28,437 nucleotides of DNA, taken from IMG/VR virus record IMGVR_UViG_3300032143_000014, positions 1 to 28,437 of that record, one strand, 5' to 3'. The stretch comes from a virus. Lineage: Duplodnaviria > Caudoviricetes. The position numbers and the translations under genes are program-made. The notes beneath the pieces are model-generated. The model had not been told where the DNA came from, made no database searches, and saw only the letters and a list, made by a program, of their open reading frames with translations. This document shows positions 1 to 7,942 of this stretch, piece after piece; position 1 is the first letter of the stretch; each line of letters begins with the position of its first letter.

Positions 1-639
1 TACAATGCTATTGCGTTTTCTGGGCCTATTGCTGTTTTTGTCAGTGTGTTTCTCATCTATCCACTCGGACAGTCATCTTGGTTCTTTGCGCCGTCGTTTG
101 GCGTTGCTGCGATTTTTAGGTTCCTCTTATTCCTACAAGGTTTCCATAACTGGACGCTCAACCCCTTTCATATGATGGGAGTTGCTGGTATACTGGGAGG
201 GGCACTGCTCTGTGCTATTCACGGAGCAACTGTAGAAAACACTTTATTTGAAGACAGTGAACAAGCAAACACTTTCAAAGCATTTGAGCCTACGCAAGAA
301 GAAGAGACTTATTCAATGGTTACTGCGAACCGATTCTGGTCGCAAATCTTTGGTATCGCGTTTAGCAATAAGCGTTGGTTACATTTCTTTATGCTATTTG
401 TTCCTGTCATGGGTCTTTGGACCGCTTCTATTGGTATTATTGGTCTTGCTTTTAATTTGAGAGCATATGACTTTGTATCTCAGGAGATTCGTGCTGCTGA
501 AGATCCGGAATTTGAGAGCTTCTACACGAAAAATATTTTGCTCAATGAAGGACTTCGTGCTTGGATGGCACCAGCAGACCAACCACATGAGAACTTTATC
601 TTCCCCGAAGAAGTATTGCCAAGAGGTAATGCACTATAA
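1..639 (+). CDS. psbD: Photosystem II D2 protein, 5'-truncated by the window edge (phage auxiliary metabolic gene)
   Basis: Frame is open from base 1 ([34 protein letters not shown]...). Contains [31 protein letters not shown] and the C-terminus [10 protein letters not shown], all diagnostic of D2. Confidence 0.99.
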   Translation, partial: YNAIAFSGPIAVFVSVFLIYPLGQSSWFFAPSFGVAAIFRFLLFLQGFHNWTLNPFHMMGVAGILGGALLCAIHGATVENTLFEDSEQANTFKAFEPTQEEETYSMVTANRFWSQIFGIAFSNKRWLHFFMLFVPVMGLWTASIGIIGLAFNLRAYDFVSQEIRAAEDPEFESFYTKNILLNEGLRAWMAPADQPHENFIFPEEVLPRGNAL

Positions 640-655
640 GTTCATAACTAATTAA

Positions 656-793
656 ATGATTTCGTCCACAACTCCATATAAACTCGCGGAGATTATCAGA
701 GATACGTGGTACAATCTTTATACACCAACCAAGTACAATCAAATTCATAAAAAACTTATACTTAAAGAGAAACCAAAAAATGAACAAGTATAA
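656..793 (+). CDS. Small hypothetical protein (45 aa), not in the ORF track
   Basis: ATG 656 to TAA 793 gives MISSTTPYKLAEIIRDTWYNLYTPTKYNQIHKKLILKEKPKNEQV. It fills the gap after psbD and overlaps the next start. It resembles small ORFs I recall after cyanophage psbD (unverified). Confidence 0.65.
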   Translation: MISSTTPYKLAEIIRDTWYNLYTPTKYNQIHKKLILKEKPKNEQV

Positions 794-1073
794 TACTGAA
801 GATTACTTTTCTGTCCTTAATAAAAATACCGGAAGAAAAATTGTAGATTGCGGTGATGAAAATGATGCACTACTAATGATTTCTTTTGATCCTGCTAATC
901 GCACTTATAGTAGAAATAAGTTTCTGATGGGACCAGTTTTTGATATTGAAATGCCCAAGATACTTCCAACCACAAATATTGCAGTATCTAATGTTAGGGA
1001 ATATGCTCCTCGCCAGGAACAACTCCCACAAATCAAACTCCCAGACAGACAGCAAGAACCATTCAAATGTTAA
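780..1073 (+). CDS. Hypothetical protein (97 aa)
   Basis: ATG-started ORF in the tightly packed + strand run; no recognisable motif. Confidence 0.7.
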   Translation: MNKYNTEDYFSVLNKNTGRKIVDCGDENDALLMISFDPANRTYSRNKFLMGPVFDIEMPKILPTTNIAVSNVREYAPRQEQLPQIKLPDRQQEPFKC

Positions 1074-1081
1074 TCTAAATA
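1074..1081 (+). promoter_or_regulatory. Possible T4-type late promoter (TCTAAATA)
   Basis: TAAATA core lies in the short intergenic gap, 20 nt before the HNH ATG at 1102. Confidence 0.5.
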
Positions 1082-1101
1082 TTCATAAGTCGCAAATACT
1101 T

Positions 1102-1473
1102 ATGGTTCCTCCACACTCCTTCAAGGACTATTTGTTTAATCTTCAAGCAACAAATAAATCAGAAGCGAAACGAATGTGGAGGGCAAATATAAAAGACCAC
1201 TGGGAACACAAGTGTGCTTATTGTGGGTCAGAAGAAAACATTACACTCGATCACATTCTTCCACAATGCAAAGGTGGACTTGATGTTAAAACAAATATAG
1301 TTGCTTGTTGTCACTCCTGTAACCAATCCAAAGGACACACCCATTGGGAAGATTGGTTCTTCACACAAGAATTTTTTACAGAAGAAAAACTATATAAACT
1401 ATATGAGTGGATAAGACCAGAAAAATCTCAAGACTTATACATTTATAGACCCAGAAGAAGCAACGCAAGTTAG
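1102..1473 (+). CDS. HNH endonuclease (McrA/HNH_5-like, Zn-binding)
   Basis: CAYCG...TLDHILPQCKGGLDVKTNIVACCHSCNQSKG. ATG 1102 is preferred over TTG 940, which would overlap the upstream gene. Confidence 0.9.
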   Translation: MVPPHSFKDYLFNLQATNKSEAKRMWRANIKDHWEHKCAYCGSEENITLDHILPQCKGGLDVKTNIVACCHSCNQSKGHTHWEDWFFTQEFFTEEKLYKLYEWIRPEKSQDLYIYRPRRSNAS

Positions 1474-1477
1474 TATT

Positions 1478-1717
1478 ATGAAATTTACAATTTATTCAAA
1501 AGACGGTTGCCCATATTGCAACAAAGTAAAACAGGTGTTAGAATTATCAAACCTAGAGCACGTTGTCTATACACTTGGAGAACATTTTAATCGTGAAGAT
1601 TTTTATGCCGAGTTTGGAGAAGGTTCTACATTCCCCCAAGTTATTTTAAATGATGAGCAACAACTTGGTGGATGCACTGATACTGTCCGATATCTACAGG
1701 AGCAAAACATAGTATAA
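1478..1717 (+). CDS. nrdC: Glutaredoxin (NrdC-like)
   Basis: CPYC active site, TFPQV cis-Pro motif, GGCTD motif; 79 aa. Confidence 0.93.
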   Translation: MKFTIYSKDGCPYCNKVKQVLELSNLEHVVYTLGEHFNREDFYAEFGEGSTFPQVILNDEQQLGGCTDTVRYLQEQNIV

Positions 1718-2076
1718 TGGAATCAACCTTTCATGAAGTTTATTATGATGTGAAGCAAGCAATTGATCTTGCTTTTAAAGGTAAGTTTGTATTGAAATTT
1801 TATGATTATTTAAAAATTAAAGGAATTCTAAGAAGAGAAATAGAAGAATTTATTGAGAGTTCTACTGCAAGTGAAATCAGTAATCTTGTAATGGACCTTG
1901 ATGATTATCTTGAGGGTGGTGATGATAATGTTCACAAACAACTTCGTGAAGGATACGGACACATTTCCAAACCAGAAGTAAGAAAGATTCGAAATTATTT
2001 GTATTGTATTTTAGAAGATGCATGGAAGTATAGTCATGATAAACGACCAGGAAGACGAAAGAAGCAACCTAAATAA
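1717..2076 (+). CDS. Conserved cyanophage hypothetical protein (119 aa)
   Basis: TAATG overlap with glutaredoxin; contains QLREGYGHISKPEVRKIRNYL and a basic C-terminus. Confidence 0.8.
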   Translation: MESTFHEVYYDVKQAIDLAFKGKFVLKFYDYLKIKGILRREIEEFIESSTASEISNLVMDLDDYLEGGDDNVHKQLREGYGHISKPEVRKIRNYLYCILEDAWKYSHDKRPGRRKKQPK

Positions 2077-2260
2077 CTCAGAACCCGAGATCAATCGGGG
2101 TATTGAATTATTACTTAGAAATAAAAGGAGGAGAGAATCCGAACCAAAAACTTTTCAGGTGAAGTTTGGTAAAATGATTTCTCTCTTTCAACGAGAGTTT
2201 CATTTCTTTATAGAATTTCATTTTGATATTAGAAAAAATCAACTCTCTGGAGACGAATAA
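2036..2260 (+). CDS. Hypothetical protein (start uncertain: 2018, 2036 or later)
   Basis: Fills the gap between neighbours; TAATG overlap with the next gene. Confidence 0.6.
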   Translation: MINDQEDERSNLNNSEPEINRGIELLLRNKRRRESEPKTFQVKFGKMISLFQREFHFFIEFHFDIRKNQLSGDE

Positions 2261-2490
2261 TGGAACCAGCATATGTAGTAGCATTCAGTGTAATGTTCAC
2301 CTTGCTATTTTTTATGGTAGGAAGTATAATAGGTTGGTTAACCTATAGGCATGTATTAGAATCCAGACCTCCTTACCTACATCCAGAATTCTTTGATGAA
2401 AATGGTAATGTAATTCCCGACGAAATAGTAGCTGTACACTTTGAAAACGATTATGACTATGACGACAACGAAGACGAAGACAACGATTGA
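2260..2490 (+). CDS. Small membrane protein with acidic tail
   Basis: N-terminal hydrophobic helix (VVAFSVMFTLLFFMVGSIIGWL), HPEFFDENGN motif, D/E-rich C-terminus; GGAGA upstream. Confidence 0.8.
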   Translation: MEPAYVVAFSVMFTLLFFMVGSIIGWLTYRHVLESRPPYLHPEFFDENGNVIPDEIVAVHFENDYDYDDNEDEDND

Positions 2491-3025
2491 AAAACCAATT
2501 GAAATTCTTCCAACAAATCCTTTTGTGTTTGAAATTTTAGAACTTGCTTCAAAACAAAGAAGTAATGCTAAAAAAGTAGAAGTTCTAAAAACTTATGAAC
2601 ATGATTCACTTAAAGCAATTTTAATTTGGAATTTTGATTCCACTGTAATTTCGGTTCTTCCACCAGGAGAGGTTCCTTATGGAGATGTAAAGGATCAAAA
2701 TGTTTACTCTGGATCTCTCTCAGACAATCTTTCAAAAGAAGCTGCTGGTGGAGAATCCGCAACTGTTCAAGATCTTCAAGGAAGGGGACGTACATCTCTT
2801 CGCAGAGAGTATCAAAACCTTTATCACTTTGTGAAAGGTGGAAATGATACACTTTCAACAATTCGCAGAGAGATGATGTTTATTAATGTTCTTCAAGGAC
2901 TTCATCCAAAAGAAGCACAACTATTAATTCTCACAAAAGATAAGAAACTTACAGATAATTACAAGGTAACTTTTGAAAATGTAAAGGAAGCTTTTCCTGA
3001 TATTCAGTGGGGCAATCGTTCATGA
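2453..3025 (+). CDS. Conserved T4-like phage hypothetical protein
   Basis: ILIWNFD..VISVLPPGEVPY and IRREMMFINVLQGLHPKEAQLLILTKDKKL; likely start ATG 2453 or 2459. Confidence 0.8.
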   Translation: MTMTTTKTKTTIEKPIEILPTNPFVFEILELASKQRSNAKKVEVLKTYEHDSLKAILIWNFDSTVISVLPPGEVPYGDVKDQNVYSGSLSDNLSKEAAGGESATVQDLQGRGRTSLRREYQNLYHFVKGGNDTLSTIRREMMFINVLQGLHPKEAQLLILTKDKKLTDNYKVTFENVKEAFPDIQWGNRS

Positions 3026-3372
3026 CTACTGCGACACCAGAGAGACCACAGAAAAAGAAAGTGGAAGAAAACAAAAAAGAAGAGAAACCGATTTCTTCCA
3101 ATGAATATGGATGTGAAATTCTTCTTGAAAAAACAACCATTGAAAAATCTAAAGACCCATCCTTTCCAGATGATGCATACTTAATTTGGTATGTTGTGAA
3201 TGAAGAAACTCATATTGATTTAACTAGATCTGGGAAAAAATCTGATTTGTTTGACTTCTATTATGATATGTACGGTTCAGGGGCAGTTCAGAAAATTGAG
3301 TTTGGTTATGGAAGAATCAGTTCAAGAATGTGGGGATATAAACAACCAGAAAAGAAACGGAAAGGAAAATGA
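3022..3372 (+). CDS. Conserved cyanophage hypothetical protein
   Basis: ATGA overlap at 3022-3025; contains DLFDFYYDMYG...IEFGYGRI. Confidence 0.75.
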   Translation: MTTATPERPQKKKVEENKKEEKPISSNEYGCEILLEKTTIEKSKDPSFPDDAYLIWYVVNEETHIDLTRSGKKSDLFDFYYDMYGSGAVQKIEFGYGRISSRMWGYKQPEKKRKGK

Positions 3373-3674
3373 GTGTTGAACTTTTTAAGGCACAAATAAA
3401 TTCTCTTATCAGAGAAGAAATTCAAGAGATCATTAATGATTATGTGGATTCGGAAGAAGAAACAAAAAAAAGTGGTCTTGGATTTGTCCCTAATGATGAT
3501 GAAAAAGAATTAAAAATAAATATTTCTAATAATGAAATAGATAAACTTCTCAAACAATATAAAAAAATTAAAAAATATAAAAAATCATCACTCTATACAA
3601 TTAAAACAATGGACGGAACAGAAACAATTATAAGTTCATTGATCAAAGAAGCAGAGAATAATTCTCTAGATTAA
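3369..3674 (+). CDS. Hypothetical protein (101 aa, very AT-rich)
   Basis: ATGA overlap upstream, TAATG overlap downstream, AAGGA RBS. Confidence 0.7.
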   Translation: MSVELFKAQINSLIREEIQEIINDYVDSEEETKKSGLGFVPNDDEKELKINISNNEIDKLLKQYKKIKKYKKSSLYTIKTMDGTETIISSLIKEAENNSLD

Positions 3675-4000
3675 TGGGTAAACATTATTTACTAAATCTT
3701 TATGGATGCTCGTATGTTCTTTTGAATGATGAGTATTGTCTTATAGATTTATTAGAATATGCAGCAATCACAAGTGGATCTACTGTAATACAAACAATTT
3801 CAAAAAAGTTTAATCCTCAAGGAGTTACTGTTGTTTGTCTATTAGCAGAAAGTCATATAAGCATTCATACCTGGCCAGAAGAAGGTAGAGCAGCAGTGGA
3901 TGTTTATACTTGTGGGGACTCAAATCCTAAAATTGGATGTGACATTATTATTCAACAACTTTGTGCAACCGATCATAAACTGACTTATATTGAGAGATAA
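3674..4000 (+). CDS. speD: S-adenosylmethionine decarboxylase proenzyme (pyruvoyl-dependent, class 1b)
   Basis: MGKHYL N-terminus, FNPQGVT, LLAE^SHISIHTWPE autocleavage motif, DVYTCG. Confidence 0.93.
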   Translation: MGKHYLLNLYGCSYVLLNDEYCLIDLLEYAAITSGSTVIQTISKKFNPQGVTVVCLLAESHISIHTWPEEGRAAVDVYTCGDSNPKIGCDIIIQQLCATDHKLTYIER

Positions 4001-4018
4001 ATTGTACCAACTGTTACA

Positions 4019-4047
4019 TTGACTTCTCTCTTTTTTTTGTGTATAAT
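4019..4047 (+). promoter_or_regulatory. Sigma70-type early promoter
   Basis: TTGACT (4019-4024), 17-nt spacer, TATAAT (4042-4047); intergenic, 23 nt before ATG 4071. Confidence 0.8.
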
Positions 4048-4070
4048 TACTTGTGATAGGTTTTTTAACT

Positions 4071-4229
4071 ATGAATAAAGAGAAACTTAAATTGATCGTG
4101 CGTAATCTTGAATTATTGGTTGATTCTCTAAAAGCAGAAATTTATTCTGATGTAGGTGCTTATAAGTACGAAGAAATATTATCACATCTTACTGACTACG
4201 ATGAAATTTTTGAGGACGATGATGATTGA
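4071..4229 (+). CDS. Small acidic hypothetical protein (52 aa), not in the ORF track
   Basis: ATG 4071 to TGA 4229 gives [52 protein letters not shown]. It directly follows the promoter and overlaps the thyX start. Confidence 0.8.
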   Translation: MNKEKLKLIVRNLELLVDSLKAEIYSDVGAYKYEEILSHLTDYDEIFEDDDD

Positions 4230-4938
4230 AAATGCAGAATTTAAATTTATGAAATCAGAAGTAAAACTTTTAACAGTAACTCCAAATGCTGAAAGGCATA
4301 TGGCATATTGTGCAAGGGTAAGTAATCCAGAAAATCAACAGAATACTAAATTTGCTGGACTGCTAAAGTATTGTATTGAACATCAACATTGGAGTATCTT
4401 TGAGCAGGCAACGATGACTGTGGAGATTAATACTTCTCGTGGTATTGCTGCTCAAATTTTACGTCATAGATCGTTCACATATCAAGAATTTTCACAACGA
4501 TATGCTGATGTGAATTGGTTAGAAAAAGAGATTCCTCTTCCAGAACTGCGTCGTCAGGATGATAAGAATCGTCAGAACTCCATTAATGATCTTGAAGAAG
4601 AAAATGTATTTGTCATGAATAAGATGATTCAAGACCTCTTCCGTGACGCTCAAGACGTATATAACTTCCTCCTGACACAAGGTGTGGCAAAGGAGTGTGC
4701 AAGGTTCGTCCTGCCCCTTGCAACCCCCACACGACTCTATATGACGGGCTCTGTGCGGTCCTGGATACATTACATCAATCTTCGTTCTTCTCACGGAACA
4801 CAGAAGGAACATATGGAAATCGCAGAAGCAGTTCGTTGTATTTTTACTTGCGAGTTTCCTGCTGTATCGGAAGCACTTGGTTGGACTCGTGAGAATTGTC
4901 CTGAATGTGTGGATGCACTTTCTATTACTCTCGAATAA
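4219..4938 (+). CDS. thyX: Flavin-dependent thymidylate synthase
   Basis: [20 protein letters not shown] signature, [15 protein letters not shown]. Start is at ATG 4219/4222 or a later Met. Confidence 0.96.
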   Translation: MMIENAEFKFMKSEVKLLTVTPNAERHMAYCARVSNPENQQNTKFAGLLKYCIEHQHWSIFEQATMTVEINTSRGIAAQILRHRSFTYQEFSQRYADVNWLEKEIPLPELRRQDDKNRQNSINDLEEENVFVMNKMIQDLFRDAQDVYNFLLTQGVAKECARFVLPLATPTRLYMTGSVRSWIHYINLRSSHGTQKEHMEIAEAVRCIFTCEFPAVSEALGWTRENCPECVDALSITLE

Positions 4939-4941
4939 ATA
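4934..4941 (+). promoter_or_regulatory. T4-type late promoter (AATAAATA)
   Basis: Overlaps the thyX stop; followed by a GGAGA RBS and the TTG start at 4968. Confidence 0.65.
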
Positions 4942-4967
4942 CTCTTACATACTATGGAGAACTAAAT

Positions 4968-5216
4968 TTGGCAACTTATCCCGTTTATAATAAAGTTACA
5001 GGTGAACATAAGGAAGTTGTTCTGAGTGTTCATGCCTGGGAACAATGGAAAGAGGATAACTCTGATTGGGATCGTGATTGGTCCGACCCATCAACTTGCC
5101 CTGCGTCTGGAGAACTGGGTGAAATTTATGATAAACTTAAAAAATCTCATCCTGGATGGAATGATGTGCTTCACCGGGCATCAAAAGTTCCTGGATCTAA
5201 TGTAAAACCGGTTTAA
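4968..5216 (+). CDS. Conserved cyanophage protein upstream of phoH (FmdB-like N-terminus), TTG start
   Basis: GGAGA at 4956-4960, TTG at 4968, giving MATYPVYNKVTGEHKEV...HPGWNDVLHRASKVPGS. The MxTY start is typical of this family. Confidence 0.75.
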   Translation: MATYPVYNKVTGEHKEVVLSVHAWEQWKEDNSDWDRDWSDPSTCPASGELGEIYDKLKKSHPGWNDVLHRASKVPGSNVKPV

Positions 5217-5222
5217 ACTTAT

Positions 5223-5975
5223 ATGTCACGAAGAAGAAGAGACGAACAACCAATTGGGGTTGGATTGACTGCTAGACAAATGAAGCGCAAGAAGCCAATC
5301 AATCAAGATATAATGAGAGTGATTGAACCTCTTACAAAGAATCAAGAAATACTTTTTGATTCTTATAAAGAAAATCAAAATCTTGTTGCATATGGGTGTG
5401 CTGGTACAGGTAAAACTTTTATTACCCTTTATAATGCTCTTAGAGATGTTTTAGATGAGAGAACACCATATGAAAAAATTTATATAGTTCGTTCACTTGT
5501 TGCTACTAGAGAAATTGGTTTTCTTCCTGGTGATCACGAAGACAAATCCTCTCTTTACCAAATTCCTTATAAGAATATGGTAAAGTATATGTTTGAGTTG
5601 CCTGATGAAGCGTCTTTTGAAATGCTTTATGGTAACCTTAAAACTCAAGGAACAATTAGTTTTTGGAGTACTTCTTTTATTAGGGGAACTACTTTAGATA
5701 AATCAATCATTATTGTAGATGAATTTCAAAATTTAAATTTCCACGAACTTGATTCTATCATTACTCGTGTTGGTGAAGATTCTAAAATTATGTTCTGTGG
5801 TGATGCCACACAATCTGACTTGGTAAAGACAAATGAAAAGAATGGTATCATTGATTTTATGAGAATACTAAGAGTAATGCCATCAATTGATATTGTTGAA
5901 TTTGGTGTAGATGATATTGTAAGGTCTGGATTTGTTAAAGAATATATTATTGCAAAAATGGAAATCGGTGTATGA
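5223..5975 (+). CDS. phoH: PhoH-family ATPase
   Basis: Walker A GCAGTGKT, REIGFLPGD, FIRGTTL, Walker B IIVDEFQN, GDATQSDL, DIVRSG. Confidence 0.97.
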   Translation: MSRRRRDEQPIGVGLTARQMKRKKPINQDIMRVIEPLTKNQEILFDSYKENQNLVAYGCAGTGKTFITLYNALRDVLDERTPYEKIYIVRSLVATREIGFLPGDHEDKSSLYQIPYKNMVKYMFELPDEASFEMLYGNLKTQGTISFWSTSFIRGTTLDKSIIIVDEFQNLNFHELDSIITRVGEDSKIMFCGDATQSDLVKTNEKNGIIDFMRILRVMPSIDIVEFGVDDIVRSGFVKEYIIAKMEIGV

Positions 5976-6655
5976 CATTTGTTCATCATAATTACTTGGG
6001 TGATCTTGAGTTAAATTGTAAGACTACAGAGAGTATTCGTTTGTACAACTTGCCAAGTGGTAAGTGGGTTCCTTCTATTACCTCTGTTACCTCTTTTTAT
6101 AATCGTGAGATTTTTGTTAAGTGGAGGAAGCGTGTAGGTCTTGAAGAGGCAAACCGGATTACAAAAAGAGCAACAGCAAGAGGAACTGATTTTCACCAAG
6201 TATGCCAGGACTATTTGGAGAATAAAGAACTTGTGTGGGAAACCTACCAACCCATATCAAAGTTTATGTTCTATCATGCGAAACCTTATCTGGATAAGAT
6301 AAATAATATTCATGCGATTGAACGCACACTCTACTCCGAGTATCTTGGACTTGCTGGACGAGTTGATTGTATTGGAGAGTACGAAGGAGAACTTGCCGTT
6401 ATAGACTTTAAGACTTCTGAAAAGATTAAGCCAGAAGAGTGGCTTGAAAACTACTTCGTTCAGGAAACATTCTATGCTGCTGCATACTATGAATTAACTG
6501 AGATTGTTCCTGTTAAATTAATTACCATTATGGTCACACCTGGTGGTGAAGTGAAGGTATTTGACAAAAGAAATAAAGGGGATTATATTAGGTTATTAGT
6601 TCGTTACATCAAAGAATTTGTACATCACAATACTGGGGCAACGAATGGAGAATGA
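5972..6655 (+). CDS. PD-(D/E)XK exonuclease
   Basis: PSITSV, RGTDFH, E...AGRVD...VIDFKTS, Q...YA motifs; standard position after phoH. Confidence 0.9.
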   Translation: MTFVHHNYLGDLELNCKTTESIRLYNLPSGKWVPSITSVTSFYNREIFVKWRKRVGLEEANRITKRATARGTDFHQVCQDYLENKELVWETYQPISKFMFYHAKPYLDKINNIHAIERTLYSEYLGLAGRVDCIGEYEGELAVIDFKTSEKIKPEEWLENYFVQETFYAAAYYELTEIVPVKLITIMVTPGGEVKVFDKRNKGDYIRLLVRYIKEFVHHNTGATNGE

Positions 6656-6902
6656 ACTAGAAAAGGTACTTGAAAGCAAATTCCTTTGTCCAACTAAGTT
6701 TGCTCAGGAGATTGAAACTCTTGTGCAAATTAATGTTGAAATGAATTATATTGATGCTATCGTTCATTTTTGTGAAAAAAATAGTATTGATTTAGAATCA
6801 GTTTCTAAACTTATTTCAAAACCATTAAAAGAAAAGATTAAGTGCGAAGCAACGGAACTTAATTTTCTTAAGAAAACTTCCCGTGCTAAATTAGTCTTTT
6901 AA
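6645..6902 (+). CDS. g33: Late transcription coactivator gp33
   Basis: FAQEIE...MNYIDAIVHFCEKNSID.ESV.KLISKPLKEKIKCEATELNFLK; synteny 33-59-32. Confidence 0.88.
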   Translation: MENELEKVLESKFLCPTKFAQEIETLVQINVEMNYIDAIVHFCEKNSIDLESVSKLISKPLKEKIKCEATELNFLKKTSRAKLVF

Positions 6903-6907
6903 TTTCA

Positions 6908-6935
6908 TTTTGGGGAGAAAAATTTCCCCCCAAAA
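6908..6935. other. Intergenic imperfect inverted repeat
   Basis: TTTTGGGGAGAAA-AA-TTTCCCCCCAAAA: 13-bp arms with one mismatch. Confidence 0.6.
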
Positions 6936-6958
6936 AATTACTTATATTACTCTTTTGA

Positions 6959-7555
6959 ATGATGCCCTTTGAATCCTATTGCCAATATCTTGCTCTGAAG
7001 AATCACTTTACTAAAGACACTTATGACTATCATAAGTATTGTGGTAAATCAAGAGCAACGATACAATCTTTCTACAAACGAAAGGATAGGATGTGGTTTG
7101 AAAAAGTATCAAGACAGAAAACAGATCAAGAAGTTATAGATTTCTTTGTAGCAAACTTTGCATCCTGCTCTGACCCAGAAACTCTTTGGATTGGTGATAT
7201 AATCAAAGAAGGAGAAGGAAGGTATAAGAGTTGGCAAAAAAAAATTCAATCACTATCATATCTTTTTAAGGAAGAATCTGAATATCTCTTTGGAGAGCAC
7301 AAATTTGAGGATGTATTTACCTGCAAAAAGGGACATCCAGTCGTTTTAAGGAAGTTCCTGAGAGGGAATATTAGTCTAGAAACACTAGTGATATATGATA
7401 GAATATTCCTGTTCGGGAACAAGTTTGATAAAAAATTAAAGGACCCTGTTTGGGAAACCGTCAGTCGCAGAATTAAAAAATATAGTCCATTCATAAATAT
7501 TGATGTATTTCATTTTCGTAAAATTTTGAAAGAAATTATTCTAGGAGAGCAATGA
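6959..7555 (+). CDS. g59: Helicase loader gp59
   Basis: YLALKNHFT...YDYHKYCGK, FYKRKDR.WFEK, ISLETLVI; synteny. Confidence 0.9.
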   Translation: MMPFESYCQYLALKNHFTKDTYDYHKYCGKSRATIQSFYKRKDRMWFEKVSRQKTDQEVIDFFVANFASCSDPETLWIGDIIKEGEGRYKSWQKKIQSLSYLFKEESEYLFGEHKFEDVFTCKKGHPVVLRKFLRGNISLETLVIYDRIFLFGNKFDKKLKDPVWETVSRRIKKYSPFINIDVFHFRKILKEIILGEQ

Positions 7556-7896
7556 GTTTTTTTAATTCTGAATTTGTCCGTGCAGAAATGGTTGAAATCT
7601 CAGAGATGCAAGAAGAAATTTATGGAAGTGTATTCCTATTTCCTTCTATGACAAAGAAAGATAAAATTGAGCATGTCATTCTTATGGAAAGACTTTTGAA
7701 TAAACAACAAATTCTTTACACACGTTTGAGTTTGTCTGATGATCCAGAAGCAAAAGAGATGAAACAAAAAATTTCTGACTCTACTCAACTGATGGGTCTT
7801 CCTGCTCATGTTGATATCAATGTTATCTTTAATAATATGACAAAAATGCTTGAGGTGATGAAACAACAAATTGACAAAATAGGTTCCGACCTGTAG
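7552..7896 (+). CDS. Conserved hypothetical protein (DUF1825-like)
   Basis: MSFFNSEFVRAE... and YTRLSLSDDPEAKEMK; ATGA overlap; GGAG RBS. Confidence 0.75.
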   Translation: MSFFNSEFVRAEMVEISEMQEEIYGSVFLFPSMTKKDKIEHVILMERLLNKQQILYTRLSLSDDPEAKEMKQKISDSTQLMGLPAHVDINVIFNNMTKMLEVMKQQIDKIGSDL

Positions 7897-7899
7897 AAT
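7871..7899 (+). promoter_or_regulatory. Sigma70-type early promoter for g32
   Basis: TTGACA (7871-7876), 17-nt spacer, TAGAAT (7894-7899); GAGGT RBS at 7934-7938. Confidence 0.8.
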
Positions 7900-7942
7900 A
7901 AAGAAGTACACAAAAGCCAAATCCTACAAATACGAGGTATAA

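Noticed and set aside
46-639. GTG start at 46 for psbD
   Set aside because: The frame is open from base 1 with D2 sequence; the true start lies outside the window.
1-639. Intron in psbD
   Set aside because: The visible D2 sequence is continuous to its normal C-terminus.
4940-5222. Pho box upstream of phoH
   Set aside because: No convincing tandem direct repeat with 11-bp periodicity was found.
5972-6655. Cas4 / CRISPR-associated nuclease
   Set aside because: No four-Cys Fe-S pattern and no array or cas genes; this is the usual exonuclease after phoH.
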